This document shows, piece by piece, positions 13,330-25,961 of a stretch of 64,000 nucleotides of DNA. The position numbers and the translations under genes were made by a program. How positions within the stretch are numbered: position 1 is the first letter of the stretch; the number at the start of each line of letters is the position of its first letter. The DNA comes from Eledone cirrhosa. Its lineage: Eukaryota. Location: NCBI GenBank assembly GCA_964016885.1, contig OZ024746.1:8990001-9054000 (forward strand), given 5' to 3'. The notes beneath the pieces are model-generated. The model ran no database searches and had not been told where the DNA came from. It saw nothing but the letters and a program-made list of their open reading frames with translations.

Positions 13330-13594
<265 letters not shown>

Positions 13595-14047
13595 CAGTGG
13601 AGGACTGGGTCTATAAATATTGGTTGCCAGGAGATGAAGGGGGTTCCACCCACATATAGAATGCTATCATTTAATTTTTATAATGAATAAATAAGATTTT
13701 CGAAAAATACATAAATGGAAACAAAATAGTGCAGTCAAAATTTTGCGGAAAAATATCTTACCTTCTCCAATAAAAATATTATGTATATTGCGAAATCAAG
13801 AGACTTTCAATAATGACCAGAAGTCAACCCTAAATGTTCCTAATAGCTCCAGGAAAGCCATGAACACACATCTTTTTAACTTTGATTTTGAGAGTAGGTT
13901 TGTAATTATCAATTTTCACAAAACTTTTGTAGCTCGGTGGCCTACCTGGAGGAATCGTAGACGGTGGTGAACCTGGTCTGAAGTTCGATCCTGGTCTGAA
14001 GTTCGAAACCTTTTCAGTTTTTTTCTATTGGTTGTAAAATAAAAATT

Positions 14048-14616
14048 GTATATTCCTTTTCAGAAACTAATTAGTTGGAGTGAAATTTAAGTAAGTAAGC
14101 TAATTACTATAATTTTCTTATTTTACGTTTTTCATATAATTGTTCTGCATTGAACCACAAAGTTACTAAGACAAAACCTATATATTTGCTTGCATAGGTA
14201 TACATCTGTATATATATATTGGTAGATATACTAATTCTTTATAATTATCTCCAAATTATTTTGTTGAACAAAAATTTTGCCAAAATTACTACTATGGTTC
14301 ATGGTATGAACTTGGCTACTGTCTTTTTAACACCCCACTCCTCACTGATTAACCTCGATGTCACGTGATTGATTCTTTTGAATTTGCCACCGAACAAGAA
14401 GGCAGTGATTTTTTCAGAGTCTTGGAATTTAGTCCCCGCTTGCTCTTTTCCATCCACTGAATAATTATTTTTATATAAGTTCCCTGTGACAGCGCATCGC
14501 CAGGTATCTTAGCTGAGAATGACTCCCTGATGAAGTATATTCCCTTTCAGAAACTAATTAGTTGGAGTGAAATTTAAGTAAGCAAGCTAATTACTATAAT
14601 TTTCTTATTTTACGTT

Positions 14617-14625
<9 letters not shown>
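14048..14625 (+). mobile_element. Partial-tandem (about 1.2-mer, 487-bp period) non-coding element ending in (TA)n
   Basis: ~90-bp direct repeat 14048-14138 / 14535-14625 covering the 3' half of a hammerhead motif; second copy abuts (TA)n. Confidence 0.8.
14522..14568 (+). ncRNA. Type I hammerhead ribozyme motif (weak stem II)
   Basis: ACTCC-CTGATGA-AGTATATTCCCTTTCA-GAAA-CTAATTAG-TT-GGAGT: perfect 5-bp stem I, palindromic stem III ACTAATTAGT; stem II pairs poorly. Confidence 0.65.
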
Positions 14626-14688
<63 letters not shown>

Positions 14689-15129
14689 TTAAGTCTTGAA
14701 TCAATTGAAAAACAAGCATGATTTTCTCATAGGAAAACATGTAATATAAAACTATAAAATATCGGGCGTGCTAGACGAAACATGAAAGTTATTAGTATAC
14801 TCTAAAACAGCTCAAATATTCAATTCAGAATAAAGAACTGTATGCGAAATTCATTCATGCTTAATGAGGCTAACGTTTCTTAGCTATTTAAAATTTTGCT
14901 TTGAAGACTTGCATCAGTTGGTGAAATACGTTGATTGCTAACAGCAGAATACATTATTATGAGTACGGCAAAGTCAGCATTCGCTGTGTTAATTGGGTGT
15001 TGGACTAAAAAGAATCGACATATTATATCATGTTTCGAGGAGAGATTTTGTGTAAATAGCCAAGAAATTTAGCTTTGTGAATGTCCCATTTATTGAAAAG
15101 AACATAAAAAATCTCTTTGTGTTACCTCT

Positions 15130-15800
15130 GGTTAGTCGTTGATTTACAACCAAAGTCATAGAAACCATGACAACCCTAACGTTTCGGATATATGTGCATC
15201 AAATAACAATCCAGTTGTAATGTGTCCAATTTTGGTAATTGATTTAGCCAGGACCAGTTGTCAAGATTTGCTCCCTTGGATGCGTAACCTTTGTGCGTCC
15301 AGCCAACCCCTCCCACGACAGGTAACAGGCTCTTTGTCAGTTCTTGCAACGTTGGATGTAGACTGCAATCTATTTTTCGAACAAGCTACTCCAATTAAGG
15401 CCAGACCTTATCCCTTGTTATCCGAGTTCAAATCAACAAATAAAGTATTCTGGCCGACCATCTTCTCCACCTCTGCTACAATTTGAGCTCATAGTGAAGA
15501 TGAATACTTTATTTATTAGGACCAAGTTTGGGATGAGTTACACTGAAATTTCCCTTGTGTATTCAGACGACAAGGCTTTCCGGCTGATACTAGGTGAAAC
15601 TCCAAGGTAACAAGTCTAACACTTCGGGATATTCGGGTCGGTAACCTGTGTCTGGTCATCCGATATTTCCACTTCGCCAGCCTTTTCCGCTTGTCACCTT
15701 AATGTCATCGGCTTCGCATCCGGTAACGGAAACTCGGGCTCACGCATCCAGAGGAAACAGCAGCTGAATTTCTTTGCAAGCCTCTAACTTCTATAGCCTA
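15130..15800 (-). mobile_element. Possible decayed LTR-retrotransposon gag/protease region
   Basis: GC-richer island; minus frame reads LFVDLNSDNKG*GLALIGVACS...RIQGSKS*QLVLAK...TLGL, loosely like a retropepsin, but no intact D[ST]G motif. Confidence 0.2.
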
Positions 15801-16259
15801 ATGCCCTCCCCTCTTCCTCTGATCTACCCACGCTCATGCCCCATCCACGTGCACACTGAAACACATGCACCACGCTGAAATACTCACGCACGCACACTTA
15901 GATACAACAAAAATCTTGAACACATTCACTAATAAACACACACACACGTCTGCCCTTCTACACACACAATTCACACTTATCGTTGTATATTATTACGTTG
16001 CTATGACGATGTTACTGTTGTTATAATGTTTATTTTAACTTCTGCTATTTCATCGTTTGGAGTTAAGTTTTGTTTTTTCACTAAACAGCTATTTTTGTCG
16101 AAAATATGTTTATTTATATTTGATACACACAGAGAAACCACGCACATATACAATGTTAATACAAGTAGACACACACATAGAAGCCACCACCAACAATATA
16201 TACACCACTCCAACTCATGCACATACGCACTAGAAGATTTTAAAACAACAAACAACCAC

Positions 16260-16590
16260 ATGACTCATTTTGTATCTCTTCCTAATCTCTGAACCTAAGT
16301 TTCTTGGTTTCTTCTTTTTCTGATGATGAAGAACTAAAGTCCAATACGTTAACATTCCTGTTTTTAAGCGTGTAACTAATAAGGCTACTTGTTATCATAT
16401 CGCCGTGTTTGTCATATTTAAATCACTATATGTATGAATTGTTTTCCGTTTTTTTCAATTCTCACTTTTTATCCTTCAATTTCTTCTTTTACATCTCATT
16501 CTGTTTTCTGGTGAAGGATTAGTGTCCGAAGCTTTGACTATCTTCCTGCTATATCAAGCGTTAATCTAACATATTTCTTCATTACACTGT
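16260..16590 (+). mobile_element. Two tandem decayed copies (~190-bp period) of the minimal-hammerhead element
   Basis: TTTTCTGATGATGAAGAACTAAAGTCCAATACGTTAA (~16316) and TTTTCTGGTGAAGGATTAGTGTCCGAAGCTTTGAC (~16504); downstream CTTCCTGCTATATCAAGCGTTAATCTAA shared with 38565-38785(-). Confidence 0.65.
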
Positions 16591-16624
16591 ATGTACATAC
16601 ATACAAACATACATATAGACACAG

Positions 16625-16711
<87 letters not shown>

Positions 16712-16737
16712 AATATATACGTCGGTGTGTGTTTACA

Positions 16738-16962
16738 TATGCAGTGTCGGTAGAGGGTCGGACACCATGTTTTGCATCATAGAGTTACGCCCCTTTATAG
16801 TCTGAGTTCAAATCCCGGCGAGGTTCACTTTGCCTTTCATCCTTACGGGGGTCGTTAAATAAAGCGCCAGTAACGTACTGGGGTCGATTTAATCGACTTT
16901 CCTCTCCACAGCAATTCCCTGGGATAATTGCTGGCCTTGTGCCAAAAGTAGAAACAATTATT
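16738..16962 (+). mobile_element. SINE family A
   Basis: Head, B-box GAGTTCAAATCC, core and tail GTAGAAACAATTATT. Confidence 0.9.
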
Positions 16963-18630
16963 AATTCAAAGTAACAGAAATTTACAACTTTAGAAACGTA
17001 GTATTAGATCTTAAATGAATAAAATGTCAATTCAATGTTAGATTTCAAAATTGATGTTAATCAATGGTGTCTACGATTTTAACGGATAAAGAAAAATATT
17101 TGTAATTAAAGATGTCTCTAGGCTCGGGAAAGAATTCAACTTTTTGCAGTGAATGAAAATATGTAAAACTAATATTTATTCCTCGCATTGAAAAACCTTT
17201 ACCAACACGGCTAATTGGTCACAAATGCAACGATTAAACATGCCTATTACACAAACTGCTACTTCTGATAAAGCCGTATTTATTTTTAGGAGGCTTAAAG
17301 TTATAAGAAAGAAGGTGGATGGGAAGAAACAGTTATTGCAATTAATGGATGTCTTATAAGATACGAGAATAAAAAATGAACGTGCTGGTTGATATAATGT
17401 AAAAGTGCACGGACGAACTGAAGCAGAAATGCATTATAAATAATAAAAGAATAAGGTTACACACCATCAGAAATTGTTAGTATAGTCGAAATCGGAACAG
17501 GCTGGAAGAATATGTTAGGAAGAAAATGTATTGTAAAAGAGAATAATCGTTAACATATTTTAAACTAAATATCGGTTAACGATATTTGATCGGAAGAAAT
17601 GTAGCACTATGGAATCTGTTAAGATCTATGCTTTTGAATCATGCATAAAATCCAAGGGAACACACAGATCTCGTAATTTCTTCTGCCTGTCATATGCAAA
17701 GTAAATAAATAAAAAAAAAACATCTCGCGTTACTGCTTCACTTGCTCTTTGATTAGTTTTCGCATCACTTTCTATCTGAAACAAAAAATATTTCTATTTC
17801 ATTTGCAGCTCATCGTAGACAATACCCCTTGTCATCACCAAAATCTATATTATTACCATAAAAATGGTAGATTATTACTTAGGTTACCAAAGCCAATGTT
17901 GCGCTTTCAATCAATGAATTAAATAGTTAAAAGTATTATTGCAGCATCATTTGAAACATGTTATATTCTGTACCCAATTGGTCAGTTAATAAATGCTATT
18001 TGTATGGAAAGTTGTAAAACTCGAACATAATTTTGGAAATTATTCCGGGCTCTAGGTGAGGAAAATGTAATAAAAAGGCTTCAGGAAGGAAGTCACAGAG
18101 AAAAATGTGAAACGTATTTAAAACAATCCCCGCCTTAATTTATTGACAGTTTTCAGAATTTTGAAGAACCAGTAAAAATGGTTTGAAATGAAAACAGAAT
18201 CATTAATATTTATAATCGATTACACCTTACTGTTTCCAAGAGTGACATAAATAATCTGTTCCAATCACTCGAACAAGAACGCATATTCAAAGATTCATTG
18301 AAATAGAGGACCACTACGAACATACTGAAGACATAACAATGACAAATTGTGTTTAGTTGAAGGACTCAATGGAGTCTTTTCACTCATTTTATGAAACGTC
18401 AAGGTTTTCGAATCAAAAGGTTCAAATTAGGTGGCGCATTGATAAACTTTAGAATGTTGGATATATTGATTTGTGGTAGTTCTCCTGATTCTGTGTATTC
18501 CGTGTTCAAATCCTATTGAAGTCAATTTTATCTCTCGTCATTTCGAGGTCGATAAAATAAGACCAAGATCAGTGCTGCGGTCCATTTGACATCTTTCTTA
18601 TTTCTTCTTCTTCATTCTCTTTCCTTCTCT

Positions 18631-19292
18631 GGATTTATCGAAGTGTTTGGATGATTTTAAATTTGAAAACATTAAAATCTAAGGACAAATTTGATACAGT
18701 AACAATAGCGTTAGAAAATCGGGTATAGACAAAAAGAATAAGTGGTCACCTGCCTCTACAGAGAATTGAACATTCTATGATCTGATTTCCGGGCCGCAGC
18801 GTTAGCTACCAGGCCAAATGACAGCTGCCAACATCTGATGTCCAAATTAGAAACTATATCAAAAATAGTTTTTAGCAGCTATAGGATTAAGTAAACAAAT
18901 CCTACGATTTATCAAAGCTTTTGGAAGATTTGAAATTTGAAAACATTGAAACTCAAATACAAATTGATAGTGATAATAACTTTAGAGAATCAGGTAAAAT
19001 ACTTTTATAGACGAGAACATAAGTGACCAGAAGCAATTTCATAGAATTGAACTATATATAATAGATTTTAGTGGCTAGAGTCGTAGCTACCACTTGTAGT
19101 GGTTAACGTGCTTAACAGGAATTCAAGAGATAAAGATTTCAATTCTCTGTAGAGACTGCAGTCCCCTACATTTTCTGTCTCTAAGGGTAGTTTACTCGAT
19201 TCTGAACGCTATTATTACTGTAGTGACTTTGTGTTTGGATTTCAATGTTTTCAAATTGCAAATCATTAAAACGCTTTGATAAATCGTAAGAT
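18631..19292. mobile_element. Three diverged copies of a ~200-bp tRNA-headed element (two minus, one plus, the last two head-to-head)
   Basis: Shared GATTTATCRAAG..GATTT..AATTTGAAAACATT.AAA; minus-strand head TGGCCTGGTAG...GTTCAATTC (A/B-box-like); copies ~18631-18830, ~18900-19090, ~19095-19292. Confidence 0.6.
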
Positions 19293-19328
19293 GTATATAT
19301 ATATATATCATTATCTATATATTATCAT

Positions 19329-19403
19329 TACGGGGTCGATAAAATAAAGTACCAGTAATACAATGGGTATTTGCTGGCCTTGTGCCTAACGTAGAAACAA
19401 TTA
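19329..19403 (+). mobile_element. 5'-truncated SINE family A
   Basis: Core end and tail only. Confidence 0.85.
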
Positions 19404-20586
19404 TCTATAAAAGGCAGATTGTTGTTGTGTGTGTGTGTGTTTGCATGTTCCATGTTTATACATTTGCACAATTTCAACCCGATTCGTCTCAAAGTATGTA
19501 AGAATATTTATATCATTCACATATTTATATCATTCACAAACTTACCGAAATAATCAATAAAACTAAATACATGACGCTTACCCTCTAATACGATCACATT
19601 TCCTCTCTCTACTCCCCTTAAAATTTAAGAGAGAGAGAGAGAGAGAGCGTGAGAGGGAGAGAGAGCACGTTTGTTTTTGAGTGTGGAACGGTCAAACATT
19701 TATTTACTTCAATGACAAAGAGAACTTATTACATTTCATACGAAACAACAATTATTCAAAGCAACAGATAAATTTATTCAACAACAACAAAAATAGCGAT
19801 AAATCTTTTTTAAAACATCTATCAACGAACGTGGAAGAAAGAAGTATCAGTTCATTTACTATACACAATAATATCCTCTATGAGGTCACTAAATATTATA
19901 GAAACAGCAGCTAACTCTCCCCCATATCACACCACTCCCTACTGTCTTAAATTTAGAAAACATATCCTCTGCGAGGTCAATAAACCTGCTAGAAACAGCA
20001 GCTAACTCTACCCCATATTCAAAAGCAACAGATAAATTTATTCAACAACAACAAAAATAGCGATAAATCTTTTTTAAAACATCTATCAACGAACGTGGAA
20101 GAAAGAAGTATCAGTTCATTTACTATACACAATAATATCTTCTATGTGGTCACTAAACCTTCTAGAAACAGCAGCTAACTCTCCCCCATGTCACACCACT
20201 TCCTACTGTCTTAAATTTAGAAAACATATCCTCTATAAGGTCACAAACCTGTTACAAACAGCAGCTAACTCTCCCCCAAATCACACCCCTCCCTACTGTC
20301 TTAAATTTAGAAAACACACATTAGACAACCATCGCAGCTCTGTTGTTCGGCTGGCATCGTCTACGCGCGTGTTGCGCAAGTACTGTGAAACAATAAATTT
20401 CAACACTTCTTTGCACAGAGATAATATCCATAGGCGAAACTACAATTGTCACTGCTGGCGCAGCTCCTGCTTCGGCAGTCCAGGTCTGCAATTCATTCAC
20501 CCAGTGCCTGGCAGACAAAAAAGTGCTGCCATAAAATGGGTGGTGCAAGCTAACTTTGGTAACTTACTGACCCCGAGCAACGCTAG
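19404..20586 (+). mobile_element. Putative non-autonomous Helitron with internal microsatellites and nested tandem duplications
   Basis: A|TC start (TCTATAAAAGGCAG) then (GT)n; ends CCCCGAGCAACG-CTAG|T with half of the terminal hairpin missing; internal ~263-bp duplication (19755-20017 / 20018-20280) containing ~91-bp subrepeats. Confidence 0.55.
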
Positions 20587-20752
20587 TATATATATATATA
20601 TATATTTTTTTTTTAGTATATGTTGGTTGTTTACCGACACCTCGGTATACAGATTGGAGCACTCGACGAAGTGCGCAGGTTGGTTTGGTTACTCCGGAGT
20701 AATGTAAATTAAAATAAATAAGTCAAATATTTAAAATTTGGCTTCGTTTATT

Positions 20753-20807
20753 ACTGCTATATATATTTCGGTGACAGCCATCTTTGGCTGTGACCTCTTC
20801 AGGCAGT
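20753..20807 (-). ncRNA. Type I hammerhead ribozyme motif
   Basis: ACTGC-CTGAAGA-GGTCACAGCCA-AAGA-TGGCTGTCACC-GAAA-TATATA-TA-GCAGT then AATAAA: perfect stem I, 10/11 stem II, palindromic stem III. Confidence 0.85.
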
Positions 20808-20971
20808 CCGAATTAGTGTGGTAGAGACGGGTACACATGTTGTTGAGGTGTTTAACTCCGTCAATATGCCCAGTTCCTGGTTGGGTTGTTATTTCTCTGA
20901 GGAACTGGAATCATATGACGGAGTTAAACACCTCAACAACATGTGTACCCGTCTCTACCACACCAATTCGG

Positions 20972-21026
20972 ACTTCCTGAAGAGGTCACAGCCAAAGATG
21001 GCTGTCACCGAAATATATATAGCAGT
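20972..21026 (+). ncRNA. Type I hammerhead ribozyme motif (inverted copy, one stem I mismatch)
   Basis: Same as 20753-20807 but stem I is ACTTC/GCAGT. Confidence 0.75.
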
Positions 21027-21129
21027 AATAAACGAAGCCAAATTTTAAATATTTGACTTATTTATTTTATTTTATATATATATATATATATGTATATACA
21101 CACACGTATATATATATATGAGATATAAA

Positions 21130-21209
<80 letters not shown>

Positions 21210-21412
21210 TGATCCAGAAATGAAGCTGGGGGTAACAACAGTTAATAAGATACTCAATACATAGAGTGACAAAAACGAAGATGTAATATGAAACAGTTCT
21301 AGTTCTCTAGAAGTCTTTTCTGTATTAAATGTTCGTTATATATACGTATATATATATATATATCTATCTATATATATATATATATATATCTATATATATA
21401 TATATCTATATC

Positions 21413-21446
<34 letters not shown>

Positions 21447-21601
21447 AGTGAGAACTCGCTACCTAACTAAGGATACCTCTTGTTGAGTCAAACAACGACG
21501 TACGTTAAAACTACCCATACTACATACAGAGCACTCACAACCGCTAACTGGATTACCTAAAACGATAACTTTTTATCCCATATATATATATATGGGATAA
21601 A

Positions 21602-21625
21602 TATATATATATATATATATATATA

Positions 21626-21717
<92 letters not shown>
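21602..21717. repeat. (TA)n followed by long (GT)n microsatellite
   Basis: Direct reading. Confidence 0.95.
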
Positions 21718-21721
<4 letters not shown>

Positions 21722-23702
21722 CGTGTGCGGCATGTGCGTCTGTATGATTGATCGAGAAAGAAAGAAAAGGCAACAGTGAATGATAATAAACATGGAAAAA
21801 AATCGAGTGAACATGTATGAGACGGTTTCTTTAATCAGAGTGATAAACACCATAAATGAGAAGAAGGCAATTAGAAAATATTAGCAATCTCATTAGAATG
21901 CTACAACCGGTAAGGATCACAAATCGCTTCTGTGAATGTGAATAATTTGGCCGTTTCTTTCCACAATCTTGGTACGTTTTTTTCTCTAAGAAAACTAATT
22001 ACATATCTTTTGTAAAGCGGAGTAGTGATATTTTCAATCAATTAATCATTCTCCGAATAAACAAAGAAAATCTCCCCCCCCCCCCCTCCCCACTACACAT
22101 ACCATCCTTGTAAATTCATTCCGGGAAGGGCAAATGAATAAGGTTTTGAATTCTTTTAATTTACATTTTTTTTTATCTCATTTAGGCTAATTGAAGGATC
22201 TGATGCAGCGATTTCCAGCTTTATAGATAACTGTATACGTCACTTGAATGTAAAATATTGGAAGTCTCGAAAGAAAAAGAAAAAAAAAACATAATTAGAC
22301 AGTCTGAGAAATAATTGATTTTGTGTGTGAGGCATGTGTTTGTGTGTGTGTAGAAACACGTGTGCGTACGTGTCGCTTCTATTGATAATTCATTCCAATA
22401 TATAAATGAATAGAATTGCTGAAAAAATAATGATGGCAATAATGATAACAATAATGATTTCTTTTGGTCATATAGAAAGTTAGAGATTTCCAATGTAATG
22501 GGATGTTGTGAAGATGAATCATTTCCGAATGTATTCACATTGTAAAGTGAAATAAAAAATAGTCTGATTAAGAAATGATTGTTATTATTCGTACATGTTA
22601 ATATGGTTTCTTTTAACCGCACAGGTATACGCACAAACATGCACACACAAACACACACATACACGCCGACACGCGCACATAGACCTTTACGAACATTACT
22701 AATACAGCACTTTATGTTCATGTTCTCTTTTAGGACGTAGATTATGATAAGAGAAACCAAAACACGAAACTAGATGTCAATAGTGACTACAAAATAAAAT
22801 CAATATAGATTTGTTAATATATATCCTCAAACATGACAACAGATTAGGTCACAAGAAATCATCGCACTATTCTTGACATTGTTACATAGACCATTGATAT
22901 GTGTCCCATAATAATGTGTATAACATTTGAAATAAAGAATTAGAAATTTCGGGCACACCAATGTCGGGAGCACCGTTGAGGAACTACTTTTCGATGGTAT
23001 TGTTTGTGACTTCCAAGTTTTAAGTAGGTTCTTTATTGCAATAAAATAATTGCGTCTTTGATCTGCAGCACATGTACTATTCTATGTGTAAGATGTTGAC
23101 AAATATTTAACTGTTTCATATCTTGCAGAAAAAAGAGAGGTGATTAAATTAAAATTGGTAGAACTTCAGCTAGAGTGCCACTGCGAGATTTGTTCTGGGT
23201 TTTTACGTTCTAAAATTCCGTTGAGGTCACCTTTGTCTTTTATGCTTTCGTGGTCAATAAAATAATGTACCAGTCAAATACTGGGTAAGATTTAGTCAGC
23301 TTTGTCCTCTGCCCAACATGTGCTGGCCTGGTGCCTAAATTAGAAATCAATATCTTCCAGACAATTACTCTAGACATTCCTTGAAAGTATACACGTAATT
23401 GAATTTGGTGATATTGAAGAAAACCAGATCAATTGATCATTAAGCAGGAATATGATCAATAGATCTCACAGATCAGATAATCAAGTGTTCATGTCAAGCA
23501 CATTGCATCGAGGACGATATACACATCATGTTTTAAGCGGGTACTATGTATTTTGGGAAAAATTTGGTTATCGTTTTTAAAACGTCGAATGAGCCTATAA
23601 GTGGTTCTATCCGATCTAATCCCAAAGTCTGAACTAATGTTAGTCATTGTAGGTAGAAGATAATTTAAGTGATAGAGTTTCGCATGCATGTCACATTTTG
23701 TT

Positions 23703-23934
23703 GATGCCATACGGGAGGCTTGCCAGGAAATTGATGCTGACATAGACCTTCGTGCCAGTGTATGCATGGGTGTCCACAGCCGACTAGTGGAGTTTGTGAA
23801 TGCTAGGGGCAAACACTTTGAACATTTGAGGGATTAATATGTTCATTATTGATATGTTTGCATATTCAATCAAATACGTTTTGTGTGCACGTTTTGTTTT
23901 CATTACTGTATACCTACTTTTGTAGACCCATCTA
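23703..23934 (+). pseudogene. Tc1/mariner-superfamily transposase C-terminal remnant with decayed 3' TIR
   Basis: 23703-23837 reads DAIREACQEIDADIDLRASVCMGVHSRLVEFVNARGKHFEHLRD*, with the G.HFEHL* terminus typical of Tc3-like transposases; TIR-like CTACTTTTGTAGACCCATCTATA follows. Confidence 0.65.
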
Positions 23935-24204
23935 TATATCGGTCTGTTTTACCGGTGTTTAAGTGCACTATGAAGTATTCTAGGAAATAAATAAAAGATC
24001 TGTAGCGCTAAAAGTGTTAAATTATACCAATAAACTATAAACTACATGTGGTTTATTGGAAGTTGAATCACAGCTAAGGAACTTGATCTTTCTCTAGAGT
24101 TTGCTGTGCAGTGGCATATAATTTATATAGTGATATATAATTTTATATATCAGCAATTATATATATAGCACTCTCGGTATGATGCACTAACTGTTGTGTT
24201 ACCA

Positions 24205-24255
<51 letters not shown>

Positions 24256-24684
24256 ATACGCACACACGAACACCAAATCAGTGAATGTTTGTTGTTATAT
24301 TTCTACCCATAAAATACAACCCACATTAACATTAATCTAAGAAGGTGTGTGTATATATAATCACGGACTTACATACATAAACACAGATATATGTTTATGT
24401 ATAAGTGCTTTCGTTATTTAACATAGCACACTCATAGCACCTAAAGAAATTTACGGTGAAATATTTTGGAAATCATGAAGCTGGTTGATGACTTCGAAAG
24501 GATGAGTGAAGAAGTTGCCTTCGCGGTGCATTTAATGTCGATCTAACGGAATGTATTTTTGGTTGATGATTTATATTGCAAACTATTAAGTATCAATCTA
24601 TTTTTCTACACTTCCATACGCTATTGTAACATACCCATCCCAGGAACTAGCGGCGAGTCGATACAAGCCAAATTTCTGCTGTTT

Positions 24685-25204
24685 ATAAACAAGTTGTATC
24701 AGAAAAGTAACAAGACTTAGTGTGAACTGTGAGCTATGAATAGCGGGTTATGTCACCATGTAACATAATATCCGGAGAGTATATAACTGCGATCTCACTC
24801 TCTGCGGCTTTTGTATGTTTTTTCAAGTGCTTAACAGTTTCTCAATTTAGGCCCTCGTGCGATAGGTTCAGAGCAACGAACCAACATAAAATCACTGGTC
24901 CTGCTGCGGGAAACTCCGTCAGAAGCACTCGGAATACTGCAGCAAGTGTACGGAGATGTGACGATGTCGTACTCATGGATTCTCGAGTGGCACAAAAGGT
25001 TCAAAGAGGGACGTGAGAACTTGGAAAAGAAGCTCAGGAACGGAAGGCCTTCAACGAGCAGGACAGAGGCCAACGTTGAGCGTATGAGGTAGGTGGCGTC
25101 TGGTGACCATCGGCTGGCTGACTGCTCGACTGATCGCAAGTAAGCTGGGGATTAACCACGACAACATTTGGAGGATTATCACCGAAGATTTGGGTTTGCA
25201 GTAA
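24685..25204 (+). pseudogene. Mariner transposon 5' fragment (decayed TIR plus HTH DNA-binding region)
   Basis: Frame from 24862 reads EQRTNIKSLVLLRETPSEALGILQQVYGDVTMSYSWILEWHKRFKEGRENLEKKLRNGRPSTSRTEANVERMR* then, after a frameshift, TARLIASKLGINHDNIWRIITEDLG; WHKRFKEGRE and GRPST are mariner motifs. Confidence 0.9.
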
Positions 25205-25213
25205 TATTTGAAA

Positions 25214-25362
25214 GTAATTATTTCTACTTTTGGCACAAGGCAAGAAATTATTCCAGTGCATTACTGGTACTTAACCTCGGCGGGATTTGAACTCAGACCA
25301 CAAAGGGCCGTAACTCTTTGCTGCAAAGCATGGCGTCCGACCCTCTACCAATACTGCCAATC
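25214..25362 (-). mobile_element. SINE family A with internal core deletion
   Basis: Head and tail intact; TTTATCGACCCC..GGCAAAG segment absent. Confidence 0.85.
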
Positions 25363-25554
25363 CAATGTGTGCCTATATGTGTGTGTGTTTTTGCATATGT
25401 ATATGACTGTGATAAGCTATGTTACCCACGGAAGGTTGGTATCATCAAGCAGGAAGTAGTTTTAGATCATATACTTTATAGAGTATATAATCATAACTGA
25501 GTCAGCAATGACTTTCTTATTAGATCGATAAAAAGAAAAGTACTAAATTGAAAA

Positions 25555-25652
25555 CACATACCTTTACAAACATATACCTATACAAACATATACCTATACA
25601 CACATATACCTATACACACATATACCTTTACAAACATATACCTATACACACA
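25555..25652. repeat. 16-bp minisatellite (ACATATACCTWTACAM) x~6
   Basis: Direct reading. Confidence 0.85.
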
Positions 25653-25810
25653 CGTAGACACAGTGTAGTCGATTTCTCCTACATGACTACACATATTCAC
25701 CTCATTAGTAACATATTTGTACCCTCTACACATTTCCTTGTTTGAATACGTGTAAATGAGAGAGAATGAGAGATGGGAGAGATGGAGACAGAGAGAGCAA
25801 AAAGAGAGAT

Positions 25811-25852
<42 letters not shown>

Positions 25853-25928
25853 AATGACAAAAAATAGAAAGTGATACGTACATATATATGTTATTATATA
25901 TGTCTCTCTCTCTCTCGCTCTCTCTCTC

Positions 25929-25961
<33 letters not shown>

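Larger units (their letters stand above)
20615..21072. mobile_element. (TA)n-flanked head-to-head fold-back with 154-bp arms, each carrying a hammerhead and AATAAA
   Basis: 20710-20863 vs 20916-21069 with two mismatches seen; left arm has a ~95-bp longer tail toward the TA/T tract. Confidence 0.92.

Noticed and set aside
13928-14010. tRNA-like A box and B box with an 18-bp duplication
   Set aside because: No cloverleaf can be built; probably a decayed SINE head, not a tRNA gene.
19755-20315. Regular repeats that might suggest a CRISPR array
   Set aside because: Units are 91-263 bp tandem duplications without unique spacers; no cas genes; eukaryotic DNA.
20818-21048. 76-aa ORF crossing the fold-back centre
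   Set aside because: Spans the inversion junction of a non-coding repeat and has no recognisable motif.
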